Shown here one piece after another: positions 1-8,691 of a stretch of 20,008 nt of DNA. This stretch comes from a candidate division WOR-3 bacterium. Its GTDB lineage: Bacteria; Hydrothermota; Tepidihabitantia; Tepidihabitantales; Tepidihabitantaceae. The DNA lies in the NCBI GenBank assembly GCA_037441285.1, contig JBBISL010000026.1, positions 1 to 20,008 on the forward strand. Direction: 5' to 3'. Below the pieces are notes generated by a model. It made no database searches. It worked only from the letters and a program-made list of their open reading frames with translations, and was not told where the DNA came from. Position 1 is the stretch's first letter, and each line of letters starts with the position of its first letter. A program made the position numbers and the translations under genes.

Positions 1-1
1 C

Positions 2-58
2 CGGCAGTACATCATCAATAACCCATTAAACTGGGAACGGGATGAAAATTATGTCTGA
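2..58 (+). mobile_element. 3' end (partial) of REP-associated tyrosine transposase / IS200-like Y1 transposase
   Basis: Frame from position 2 reads RQYIINNPLNWERDENYV-stop (TGA 56-58). YIxxNP followed by W..DE is the characteristic catalytic-Tyr C-terminal motif of RAYT/Y1 transposases. Only 18 codons are visible. Confidence 0.65.
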
Positions 59-100
59 TACTGGGTGATTTTGTCCGCTGAAATGATGGTAACTGTCCGG

Positions 101-1312
101 TTAAACAGCCCTGCCTAAAAAGGTTTTGATGAACTCGTCGCCTTTCAGGAGCCCTAACGCACCGGTCAGGACCGACTGTTCGTCAAACCGCTCAACCGCA
201 TCCGCCGGAAGTTGCGGGTTGTAGATTGCAACCGGCACCGGTCCGTGCGTATGGTTGCCCCGTGCCACCGGTGTTTTGTGGTCGGGCAAGACCGCAACCG
301 TTGCCTGAATCTTTTTTTCTTCTAAACCCGCCATCACCCGGGAAACAAGCCTTGCGTCAAACAGTTCAATCGCCCGCACCTTTTGCTGGAAATCGCGGCT
401 GTGGCCCGCCTCATCAGGCGCTTCCAGATGGAGATAGACAAAGTCGTGGTCTTCCAGCGCCCGCAAACAGGCATCCGCCTTGCCTTCGTAGTTGGTGTCA
501 ATCAAGCCGGTTGCGCCCGGCACCTCAATCACATCAAATCCGGCATAAACGCCCAAGCCTTTGATTAAGTCAACCGCGGAGATGACCGCACCTTTCAAGC
601 CAAACAGTTCCTGATAGGTGGGCATTGACGGTTTTTTGCCCGGCGACCAGAACCAGATGGAGTTTGCCGGGTCTTTGCCCTGCAGGGTACGGTTGAGGTT
701 GACCGCCTGACCCGGCAGAATGTCCCAGGAGGCAAGGGTCAACTGGCGTAAGAGTTGTGCGGTGGGCTCGGCTTGGGGCGTTTTTGCCCGGGGTAATAGT
801 TTTAGCGCCTTTTCGCCCACATAGTCGTGGGGTGGAAAGCACTCAATCTCCGGTGAACCCTGTTTGAGCACACACAGGTGTCGGTAGGTGAAGCCCGGAT
901 AGAAGCGGACAATCTCGTTTGCCAGTTGCCGGTTGACCTCTTCAATCAAAAGCGCCGCCTCTTCGGTTGAGATGTGGCCCGCCGAGTGGTTTTTGATTTT
1001 GCCGTCCTGGATGCAGATGAGGTTGCAGCGCAGGGCAACATCGTCCGGCGCCAGTTTTACGCCTAAACTTGCCGCCTCAATCACGCCTCTGCCCTGATAG
1101 TAGCGGTGCGGGTCATAGCCGAGAATCGTCAGGTTGGCAACTTCCGAACCCGGTGGCATATCTTCGGTAACGGTGATGAAACTGCCGCATCTGCCCAGTT
1201 GGGCGATGCGGTCAATTGTCGGTTTCTGCGCCACCTGTAATGGGGTGCGATTGCCCAGTTCTGGCACCGGATTGTCTGCCATTCCATCACCTAAAAATAC
1301 GATGTACTTCAT
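101..1312 (-). CDS. apgM: Cofactor-independent phosphoglycerate mutase, ApgM family (proposed homoserine kinase subfamily)
   Basis: Alkaline-phosphatase-superfamily motifs GDGMAD, PGSEVANL (phospho-Ser), DEAGH, PDHKTP and HTHGPVP. Starts 9 nt after the thrC stop. Confidence 0.9.
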   Translation of the reverse strand: MKYIVFLGDGMADNPVPELGNRTPLQVAQKPTIDRIAQLGRCGSFITVTEDMPPGSEVANLTILGYDPHRYYQGRGVIEAASLGVKLAPDDVALRCNLICIQDGKIKNHSAGHISTEEAALLIEEVNRQLANEIVRFYPGFTYRHLCVLKQGSPEIECFPPHDYVGEKALKLLPRAKTPQAEPTAQLLRQLTLASWDILPGQAVNLNRTLQGKDPANSIWFWSPGKKPSMPTYQELFGLKGAVISAVDLIKGLGVYAGFDVIEVPGATGLIDTNYEGKADACLRALEDHDFVYLHLEAPDEAGHSRDFQQKVRAIELFDARLVSRVMAGLEEKKIQATVAVLPDHKTPVARGNHTHGPVPVAIYNPQLPADAVERFDEQSVLTGALGLLKGDEFIKTFLGRAV

Positions 1313-1321
1313 CGCCCGATT

Positions 1322-2665
1322 TTAACGCGCCAGGTTTTTCTTTAAGTAATCCTTGAACCAGTCGTAGTCCGCTGGTCCGGTTTCGTAACTCTCCGGTTTG
1401 GTGTCCAGACCCAAAAGCGCCTCCGGCGGTTCCGGTTCAATCCCGAGCAGGGTTTTGATTTCTTCGGGAAACTTTGCCGGATGCGCCGTCTCAATCGCAA
1501 TCGCCAGGACCGGCTCCTTCTGGTCACAGTACCGTTCGAGCGCTGCCCAGCCGACCGCACCGTGCGGTTCAAGCAGGGTGTGGAACTTTTTATAGGTGTT
1601 GACAATTGTCTGCCGGGTCTCGTTATCAGTGATGCTCAATGAGAACATATCGCGCTGCATCGCCTTGAGGTCGGGCGGTTTTGTGATGTTGCCCTGCTCG
1701 TCCATCACACCCGCGTAGAGTGCAACGAGCCGGGGCAAGTTGGAAGGATGACCGACATTCATCGCATTGGAGATGCATTTGCGCGAGGGCACAATCTTTT
1801 CGTATTTACCGGTTTGGAGAAACCGGGGGAACTCGTCGTTCTCATTGGTGGCGATGATGAACCTTGCCGCTGGTAAGCCCATTCTCCAGGCAAGCATTCC
1901 GGCGCACATATTGCCAAAGTTGCCCGAGGGGACACAGAACACCGCCCGGGTGCCTTTTTCCGCGAGCTGGGCAACGCAATAGAAGTAGTAAACCGACTGG
2001 GGCAGAAGTCGGCCGATGTTGATGGAGTTTGCCGAGGAGAACGGGATGTGCTTTAACTCCGGGTCGGCAAACGCCCGCTTGACCAGCGCCTGACAGTCGT
2101 CAAACTTGCCGTCAATCCCGATTGTCGTGACATTGCCACCAAGGGTCGTCATCTGCTTGCGCTGCCGGTCCGAAACCTCGGCAATCGGAAACAGGACCAC
2201 CATCCTGATGCGGTCAACATTGTGAAAGGCATGGGCAACCGCACTGCCGGTGTCGCCTGAAGTTGCGGTCAAGATGACCAGTTCGCCGCCCGACTGTTTC
2301 AAGATGTGGCGCAAAAGCCGCGCCATCATCCGGGCGGCAAAGTCTTTGAATGATGCGGTTGGACCGCGGTCCAGCCGCATCAGAAACCGATTGCCGACCA
2401 CATTTTCCAGCGGCACCGGATAGTTGTAGCACTCATAGCAGATTTTCAAAAGTTCGTCGTCGGGCAGAAGTCCAGAAGTCCAGCGCCGCATCACCGCAAA
2501 CGCCACCTCCGGATAAGGCTGGTCCGCCAGAGCATAAATTTCATCTTCGGGAATCACCGGAATCTGTTCCGGCATATAGAGCCCTTTGTCCGGTGCCTGT
2601 CCAACAAGGAGCGCGGTGCCTAAATCAACCGGTGGTGCCTTCAGGTTGGTGGAATAGAAGCGCAT
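1322..2665 (-). CDS. thrC: Threonine synthase
   Basis: GQAPDKGLYMP, GPTASFKDF (PLP Lys), ATSGDTG, SANSINIGRL, VPSGNFGN and ETAHPAKF motifs. Confidence 0.96.
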   Translation of the reverse strand: MRFYSTNLKAPPVDLGTALLVGQAPDKGLYMPEQIPVIPEDEIYALADQPYPEVAFAVMRRWTSGLLPDDELLKICYECYNYPVPLENVVGNRFLMRLDRGPTASFKDFAARMMARLLRHILKQSGGELVILTATSGDTGSAVAHAFHNVDRIRMVVLFPIAEVSDRQRKQMTTLGGNVTTIGIDGKFDDCQALVKRAFADPELKHIPFSSANSINIGRLLPQSVYYFYCVAQLAEKGTRAVFCVPSGNFGNMCAGMLAWRMGLPAARFIIATNENDEFPRFLQTGKYEKIVPSRKCISNAMNVGHPSNLPRLVALYAGVMDEQGNITKPPDLKAMQRDMFSLSITDNETRQTIVNTYKKFHTLLEPHGAVGWAALERYCDQKEPVLAIAIETAHPAKFPEEIKTLLGIEPEPPEALLGLDTKPESYETGPADYDWFKDYLKKNLAR

Positions 2666-2668
2666 CGG

Positions 2669-4072
2669 TTAAGCCCCTTCCAGCGCCTGCTTCAAGTCGG
2701 CGATGATGTCCTCCGGGTCTTCACCACCAACCGAGAGCCGAATCAAATCCGAAGGGATGCATGCCATCTCCCGGCACTCTTCACCCTGCAAAAGATGGGT
2801 TGAGATGGACGGAATGGTTGCGACCGTCTTAATTCTGCCTAAATCGGTGGCGCGCCAGATTAACTGGAACCGGTCAAAGACCTTACGCGTTGCCGGATTG
2901 CCCCCTTTGGGTCGAAACGCCAAAAGATGGGTGTAGCGATTGACCGGCTTTAAGTAGCGCGGGTCTTTCTCGGCGTCAACCAGAAACAGGTACTTTGACG
3001 CAACCCTGTGCAGCGGATGGCTCTCCAGCCCGAGGTAACTCACCTCAAGGACCGCAGGATGAGATGCCAGAAATTGGGCAACCCGCAGCGCATTCTGGCT
3101 GAACAGGTCAACCCGCTGGCGCAAATCCCGCAGGTCGTTTAAGGTCATCAGCGCCTGAAACGGGTGCAAACAGCCGCCCTGGTCCCGCTGCGGATACCGC
3201 TTGAGATAGAGGGCAAAGTCCTCTTTCATCTCGTCATTGGCGATGTTTGCGACGATTGGCTTGCGCGCGATGACCGCGCCTGCCATTCCCATTCCTGAGG
3301 TGCTCATCACCTTGGTCACCGAATGAATCACAATGTCGGCGCCCAGGGTCAGGGGCCGCAGCAGCGCCGGCGAGGCAATTGTTGAGTCCACAACCATCGG
3401 AATCCCGTGCTCGTGCGCCAGTTCAATCACCGGTTTTAAGTCAAAGAACTGCAGCCCGGGGTTGGATGGCACCTCGGCATACAAAAATCGGGTGTTGCGG
3501 TCAATCTTTTTGTGCCACTCGTTCGGGTCTTCCGGGTGCAGAACCCAGCGCACCTCAATGCCCCGCTCTGCCATCTTCCGGACATTGAACTGCTGGAATG
3601 TGCCACCGTAAATCTGGCACTGGGAAACAAAGTTGGGCTTTTCATCGCCCTGCCGCACCAGAAGGGTGTCGGTAACATTTTCAATCGCCGCCATTCCGGA
3701 CGAGTAAACACAGCAGCCCGCCTCAAGGTCTGAGCCGTAGGTCTCAAGCAGGGCAAGGGTGTTTTCAAGATAGCCTAAGGTCGGGTTGTGAATCCGGGTG
3801 TAGCACCAGGTTGGAATCTGGTAGGAGAGCGCCGCCTCCAGTTCGTCTGAGTCCCGGTATGCCTGCGCCGAGGAAAGAAACAGCGGCTCAATAATCGCGC
3901 CCTGGTTTTTCTCTATCGCCTCCTCAACGGTGTACATACCCCGCACCGCAATTGTGTCAAACCGCATCTTCTTTGCCCGCTCCCAGCGTCGCTTCTCTGC
4001 CGCCAGTTGCTCCTTTGCCGCCTCAATGTAGCGCTCGACCCCGGTTGCGGGCTTTGATTTATTCATATCCAT
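2669..4072 (-). CDS. Cys/Met metabolism PLP-dependent enzyme (MetY/MetZ/MetB-like sulfhydrylase or gamma-synthase)
   Basis: YTRIHNPT, SSGMAAI, YGGT, EVPSNP, VVDST, HSVTK (PLP Lys) and LIRLSVG motifs. SD GGGAGG upstream (plus-strand CCTCCC 4078-4083). Exact substrate not determinable from sequence. Confidence 0.85.
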   Translation of the reverse strand: MDMNKSKPATGVERYIEAAKEQLAAEKRRWERAKKMRFDTIAVRGMYTVEEAIEKNQGAIIEPLFLSSAQAYRDSDELEAALSYQIPTWCYTRIHNPTLGYLENTLALLETYGSDLEAGCCVYSSGMAAIENVTDTLLVRQGDEKPNFVSQCQIYGGTFQQFNVRKMAERGIEVRWVLHPEDPNEWHKKIDRNTRFLYAEVPSNPGLQFFDLKPVIELAHEHGIPMVVDSTIASPALLRPLTLGADIVIHSVTKVMSTSGMGMAGAVIARKPIVANIANDEMKEDFALYLKRYPQRDQGGCLHPFQALMTLNDLRDLRQRVDLFSQNALRVAQFLASHPAVLEVSYLGLESHPLHRVASKYLFLVDAEKDPRYLKPVNRYTHLLAFRPKGGNPATRKVFDRFQLIWRATDLGRIKTVATIPSISTHLLQGEECREMACIPSDLIRLSVGGEDPEDIIADLKQALEGA

Positions 4073-4103
4073 AAGTTCCTCCCTTGGATTTCATCACTGT
4101 AAA

Positions 4104-4131
4104 AGCATAAAAACCTATCAACCGATGTCAA
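4104..4131 (-). promoter_or_regulatory. Sigma70-type promoter of the PLP enzyme-thrC-apgM operon
   Basis: Minus strand TTGACA (4131-4126), 16 nt spacer, TATGCT (4109-4104). Confidence 0.55.
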
Positions 4132-4138
4132 ACACAGG

Positions 4139-4170
4139 TTGACTGGCAGTTGAATTTCCGGTATTATAAT
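4139..4170 (+). promoter_or_regulatory. Sigma70-type promoter, probably leaderless, for the 4175 gene
   Basis: TTGACT (4139-4144), 17 nt spacer, TATTAT (4162-4167, overlapping TATAAT 4165-4170). ATG at 4175 has no SD. Confidence 0.6.
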
Positions 4171-4174
4171 TAAA

Positions 4175-5674
4175 ATGCGGTCTCCCTTGGGACTGAAAAC
4201 GATTGGCGCCGGGCTTATCGCGCTGGTCGCCTTATCTGTCGGCGGGATTAGAAGTACCACCGACAGCCTGCCCGCACCGATTATCAACCGGCACTCTTTT
4301 GAACTTCTGCTCAACAGCCGGTACTCGGTCCATAGCGGTTTTGAGGACAGTCTGCCCGAACAGGTTCTTGCCAATGTCCTCTGGGCAATGGCACGTGTGC
4401 CCTGTTCTGGTTCCTATCGGGAGTTTTATGTTGCCACCCGGGAAAATGTGTACCGCTATGAACCGTCAACACGCTCTTTGACCGTACACCTTGCCGGTGA
4501 CCATCGCTACTATTCGGGCTCGGCATTTGAGGTCGGCATCGCCACACCCCGGCACGAAGATGCCGGTATGGCAATTCAAGCCGGTTTGATTGCCGCCACC
4601 GCGTTCCGGGGCGAAACTGGCGGTAATGTTGTCTGCTGCCCGATGAAATGGGCGGCGGATTACGCCAACAGCAACTGGAGACCAGACCATCCGATAATGC
4701 TGGTCAATGTCTTCGGCAATGCCCCAGCAAGCCCTCTGGACTCAACCCTTGTTGCCATCTCTTCCGACTCCAGTCTGCCCGCACCCATTACCAAAGGGAA
4801 CGACACCTTTGAACTGGTTTTGATGGAGTTAACCCAGGATTCGGTCTTTTCGCCCGGCAACCTTTCCCTTGAAACCTTTTCCCAGTTACTCTGGGCCGGT
4901 TACGGCGTTGCCCCGCACACAACCTCCAACAACCGTCAGGGTTTGACCGTGCCCAGCGCGGTTGCTGGCTACTTCCTCACCCAGAAAATTTACCTGATTA
5001 GAGAAGAAGGGGTTGAGCGGTATCACAATCGGCTTCCTCCCGGTACAAACCTCACCACCCGGGACCATCGGCTCGAACGGGTCCTGAGCGGCGACCGCCG
5101 TGCTGACCTGCGTCTTGCCGTCAGCCGAATTCCTTCTACCGCACCCGCCTACATCGTGGTCTGTGTTGATGACACCACCTCCTATCGGACAATGGAAGAG
5201 GTTGGGTTTGTTGCCTTTAACCTTTTGATGCAGGCACGCATCCTTGGCCTTTCCGCTTTCCTGACAATGCCTTTGACTCCGAGCGAACGAACCGCAATTC
5301 AGAATGCACTGCTCTTGCCCTCAAACCATTATCCGGCACTGGTATTCTCAGTTGGCGGCACCGCGGTCGGCATCAGAGAGCGCCGCACTCGTACCGGTAC
5401 CATTCAAATCGTCCGTGCCCAGTCCGCGGTGCGCCGCGGTTATCTGCGTATTGAGTATCTACTTAACCAGTCCGGAACCGTTCGTGCCGAGGTCTTTGAC
5501 CTTGTTGGCAGGCCGGTGCGCACCCTGCTTGAAGAGCGTCAATCCCCTGGTTACCATTCAATCGTGTGGGACGGCACCGATGAAAATGGCCGTGTCGTGC
5601 GCCGCGGCACCTATCTCATCGCCATCTCAGCGAACGGTTTTGTCGCGCAACACAAGGTGAACTGGGCAAAGTAA
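4175..5674 (+). CDS. Secreted protein with tandem nitroreductase (SagB/ThcOx-like) domains and C-terminal FlgD-Ig/T9SS-like sorting domain
   Basis: Hydrophobic N-terminal signal. RYSVHSG...LPEQVLANVLWAM and LSLETFSQLLWAGYG...LTVPSA resemble SagB-type nitroreductase motifs. The tail VFDLVGRPVRTL...GYHSIVWDGTDENGRVVRRGTYL is a FlgD_ig-type domain. Confidence 0.75.
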   Translation: MRSPLGLKTIGAGLIALVALSVGGIRSTTDSLPAPIINRHSFELLLNSRYSVHSGFEDSLPEQVLANVLWAMARVPCSGSYREFYVATRENVYRYEPSTRSLTVHLAGDHRYYSGSAFEVGIATPRHEDAGMAIQAGLIAATAFRGETGGNVVCCPMKWAADYANSNWRPDHPIMLVNVFGNAPASPLDSTLVAISSDSSLPAPITKGNDTFELVLMELTQDSVFSPGNLSLETFSQLLWAGYGVAPHTTSNNRQGLTVPSAVAGYFLTQKIYLIREEGVERYHNRLPPGTNLTTRDHRLERVLSGDRRADLRLAVSRIPSTAPAYIVVCVDDTTSYRTMEEVGFVAFNLLMQARILGLSAFLTMPLTPSERTAIQNALLLPSNHYPALVFSVGGTAVGIRERRTRTGTIQIVRAQSAVRRGYLRIEYLLNQSGTVRAEVFDLVGRPVRTLLEERQSPGYHSIVWDGTDENGRVVRRGTYLIAISANGFVAQHKVNWAK

Positions 5675-5689
5675 CTCCCAAACTCGCTG

Positions 5690-5718
5690 TTGACAATTCG
5701 GCTGTCCCGTTTTACAAT
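5690..5718 (+). promoter_or_regulatory. Sigma70 promoter of yebC-ruvCAB
   Basis: TTGACA (5690-5695), 17 nt spacer, TACAAT (5713-5718). SD AGGAGG at 5751-5756. Confidence 0.75.
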
Positions 5719-5761
5719 ATGAAGGTGAAATTTTGTTTAACACTGACCGCAGGAGGATATT

Positions 5762-6520
5762 ATGTCTGGACATTCGAAGTGGGCAACAATTAAGCATAAA
5801 AAAGGTAAGGCGGACGCTGCCCGTGGTCGCGCATTTTCTAAATTAATTCGGGAAATCACCACTGCAGCACGAATCGGTGGTGGCGACATTGAAGCCAATC
5901 CCCGGCTGCGCAGCGCAGTTGAAGCGGCAAAAGCGATAAATATGCCTGCCGAGAACATTGAACGGGCGATTAAACGGGGCACCGGCGAACTTCCTGGCGT
6001 AACTTACGAAGAAGTGTTCTATGAAGGTTATGCACCAGGTGGTGTGGCGCTTTTGGTGCGGGTGTTAACCGACAACAAAAACCGCACCACCGCTGAGGTC
6101 CGCCATGTGTTCGACAAGTACGGCGGCTCAATGGGCGCCGCCGGTTGCGTTGCCTGGCAGTTCAAGCCCAAAGGGCTAATTGTGATTGAGAAGGGCAAAG
6201 CGGATGAGGACACCGTTTTATCGGTTGCACTTGAAGCCGGTGCCGACGATGTTCAAACCGACTCTGCCGGCTATACTGTAGTCACCTCGGTGGAAAACTT
6301 TGAAGAGGTAAAGCGGCAGTTAAAGGCGGCAGGGATCGAATGGATGAGCGCCGAACTTACCCAGGTAGCAACCAACACCGTGCCCGTTTCTGAATCGGAT
6401 GCGCCCAAAGTCCTGAAACTGATTGAGATGCTTGAAGAGCTGGAAGAAGTCCAGCAGGTTTATGCCAACTTCGACATCCCGGACGAGGTTCTCGAAAGAG
6501 TCTCATCCGCCGGGAGTTAA
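5762..6520 (+). CDS. yebC: YebC/PmpR family protein
   Basis: MSGHSKWATIKHKKG, NPRLR, YEGYAPGG and TDNKNRT motifs. Canonical position upstream of ruvC. Confidence 0.97.
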   Translation: MSGHSKWATIKHKKGKADAARGRAFSKLIREITTAARIGGGDIEANPRLRSAVEAAKAINMPAENIERAIKRGTGELPGVTYEEVFYEGYAPGGVALLVRVLTDNKNRTTAEVRHVFDKYGGSMGAAGCVAWQFKPKGLIVIEKGKADEDTVLSVALEAGADDVQTDSAGYTVVTSVENFEEVKRQLKAAGIEWMSAELTQVATNTVPVSESDAPKVLKLIEMLEELEEVQQVYANFDIPDEVLERVSSAGS

Positions 6521-6986
6521 ATTTAAACGCATCATCGGCATTGACCCGGGGTTAAGTGCCACCGGTTTTGGTGTCCTCGAAAAGGGAAAGGTGCTCGGTT
6601 TCGGCGTGATAAGGACCAATGCCCAGGAATCAATACCCCAAAGGCTTGCCCAACTCGGCAGCGAACTGGAACAGGTGCTTGAACAGTTTAAACCATCCTG
6701 CTGTGCCATTGAAACCCTTTTTTTTAAGAATGGCGGTGCCCGCAGCGTGATTCTCTCAGCCCAGTCGCGCGGGGTTCTTATGTTTATCTTAGCCCGTAAA
6801 AAAATCCCGGTTTTTGAACTTACCCCGGCAACGATAAAACTGGCGATAACCGGTTCAGGCCGGGCATCAAAGGCACAGTTGAACTTTATGGTGCGGAAGG
6901 TTTTAAAGATTAAGGGTGCGGTTCAGGAGCATGCCGCTGACGCGCTCGCGGTCGCCTTCTGCCTTGAAAATCGACAACCGCGGTGA
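6462..6986 (+). CDS. ruvC: Holliday junction resolvase RuvC (start uncertain)
   Basis: IIGIDPG, AIETLFF, TGSGRASKAQ and HAADALAVA motifs. The nearest canonical in-frame start is ATG 6462, inside yebC; conserved sequence begins near 6531. Confidence 0.92.
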   Translation: MPTSTSRTRFSKESHPPGVKFKRIIGIDPGLSATGFGVLEKGKVLGFGVIRTNAQESIPQRLAQLGSELEQVLEQFKPSCCAIETLFFKNGGARSVILSAQSRGVLMFILARKKIPVFELTPATIKLAITGSGRASKAQLNFMVRKVLKIKGAVQEHAADALAVAFCLENRQPR

Positions 6987-7561
6987 TTTCCCAGATTCAG
7001 GGTAAGTTAATCTCAAAAGAACCAACCCGGGTTGTGGTCACTGCCGGAGGTATTGGGTTTGAACTCATCGTCCCGCTTTCCACCTCACGACTGCTCCCGG
7101 GCTGTAATGAAGAGGTAAGTCTCCTCGTGGTATTTACCCTCGACCGCGCTGGCATTCAACTTTACGGGTTTGCCACCCCAAAGGAAAAGGAGGTGTTTGA
7201 ACTCCTGACCAGCGTAAAAGGGGTTGGCCCTAAAGCGGCTTTAAATCTCCTTTCCCGCTGGACACCCGAAGAAATAATCAGCGCGATAAATCAGGGTAAA
7301 ACCGAACTCCTCAGGTCTGCACCCGGCATCGGACCCAAAAAGGTTGATGCCATACTTAAAAGGTTTCACGAAAATGTACCCACCGGGGTGGAATCGTCCG
7401 ATGAACCGTGTAAACCCGGGGTTTTCGCCGATGCCCTGAACGCCCTGACCGCTCTTGGCCTTACCCGAAAAGAGGCACAGGAGAGGCTTGCCAAACTGAA
7501 AATTACCCCGGCAATGAACCTTCAGGACATCTTAAAGCAGGCGCTTGCCCAGAAGGGTTAA
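6983..7561 (+). CDS. ruvA: Holliday junction branch migration protein RuvA
   Basis: [19 protein letters not shown] and HhH motifs VKGVGPK / APGIGPK. GTGA overlap with the ruvC stop. Confidence 0.95.
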   Translation: MISQIQGKLISKEPTRVVVTAGGIGFELIVPLSTSRLLPGCNEEVSLLVVFTLDRAGIQLYGFATPKEKEVFELLTSVKGVGPKAALNLLSRWTPEEIISAINQGKTELLRSAPGIGPKKVDAILKRFHENVPTGVESSDEPCKPGVFADALNALTALGLTRKEAQERLAKLKITPAMNLQDILKQALAQKG

Positions 7562-7565
7562 AAAT

Positions 7566-8597
7566 ATGCCCACAGTTGAAAGGCTGTCTTCACCTCACCC
7601 GTTGCGGGGTGAAGACGCCCTTGAAGAAAGTTTGAGGCCCCGAAGTCTGGACGAGTTTATTGGCCAGACCCGGCTGAAAGAGAACCTCCGGGTGTTCATC
7701 CAGGCAGCAAAAATGCGTCAGGAGCCGCTGGAACATGTCCTTTTGTCCGGACCACCTGGTTTGGGCAAAACCACCCTTGCCCACATCCTTGCCTATGAAC
7801 TGGGCGGCGCCATTCACTGCTCATCCGGACCGGTGCTGGAAAGACCGATCGACCTCGCCGGAATTTTAACCCGCCTTAATCGGGGTGATATCCTGTTTAT
7901 TGATGAAATTCATCGAACAACCAAAGCGGTTGAGGAGTTTCTCTACCCGGCGCTCGAAGATTTTGCCATCGATATCCTGCTGGATAAGGGCCCTGGTGCC
8001 CGTTCCGAGCAGATACCGCTTGAAGGGTTCACCCTTGTTGGCGCCACCACCCGGACCGGACTTTTAACCGCGCCCTTACGCTCCCGATTTGGAATTATCC
8101 TGCGCCTGGACTACTATCCTGCCGAAGAGTTGTGCGCCATCGTCCATCGCAGCGCCCGGATTTTAAAGATTGAGATTGAGGATGACGGTGCGAAAGAGAT
8201 TGCCGCCCGGGCACGGGGTACCCCGCGAATCGCCAACCGGCTTTTGCGCCGGGTACGGGACTTTGCCCAGGTCCAAGGGAAAAAAGAGATTGATAAAGCG
8301 ATTGTCCAGTTTGCCCTGGACCAGCTGGAGGTGGACGCTCGCGGCTTGGATGAAATGGACAAGAAAATCCTTTTGACCGTTATCGACAAATTCAACGGTG
8401 GACCGGTAGGCATCAGTTCCATATCTGCCGCGGTCAGCGAAGACCCGGGAACAATTGAAGAGGTATACGAGCCCTATTTACTCCAGCAGGGGTTTATCCA
8501 GCGCACCCCAAGAGGCAGGGTCGCCACACCTTTGGCATATCAACATTTCGGGAGAAAACCACCGGCGGGAACGCAACCAGCGCTGGAATTCGACTGA
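7566..8597 (+). CDS. ruvB: Holliday junction branch migration helicase RuvB
   Basis: [12 protein letters not shown], Walker [38 protein letters not shown] and RTPRGR motifs. ATG 7566 is preferred over TTG 7545. Confidence 0.97.
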   Translation: MPTVERLSSPHPLRGEDALEESLRPRSLDEFIGQTRLKENLRVFIQAAKMRQEPLEHVLLSGPPGLGKTTLAHILAYELGGAIHCSSGPVLERPIDLAGILTRLNRGDILFIDEIHRTTKAVEEFLYPALEDFAIDILLDKGPGARSEQIPLEGFTLVGATTRTGLLTAPLRSRFGIILRLDYYPAEELCAIVHRSARILKIEIEDDGAKEIAARARGTPRIANRLLRRVRDFAQVQGKKEIDKAIVQFALDQLEVDARGLDEMDKKILLTVIDKFNGGPVGISSISAAVSEDPGTIEEVYEPYLLQQGFIQRTPRGRVATPLAYQHFGRKPPAGTQPALEFD

Positions 8598-8622
8598 TTT
8601 TTCAGTTGTATAACTAAATACA

Positions 8623-8635
8623 TATCAACAACTTA
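8623..8635 (+). promoter_or_regulatory. IHF-consensus site upstream of the 3D-domain gene promoter
   Basis: TATCAACAACTTA matches WATCAANNNNTTR exactly. It lies within an imperfect inverted repeat (8596-8609 / 8628-8642) and upstream of TTGACA 8655-8660. Confidence 0.45.
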
Positions 8636-8691
8636 TAAAATCGGCGGGAATTTCTTGACAGGCGACCTCCTGCCGGTAATCATTTTACCCT

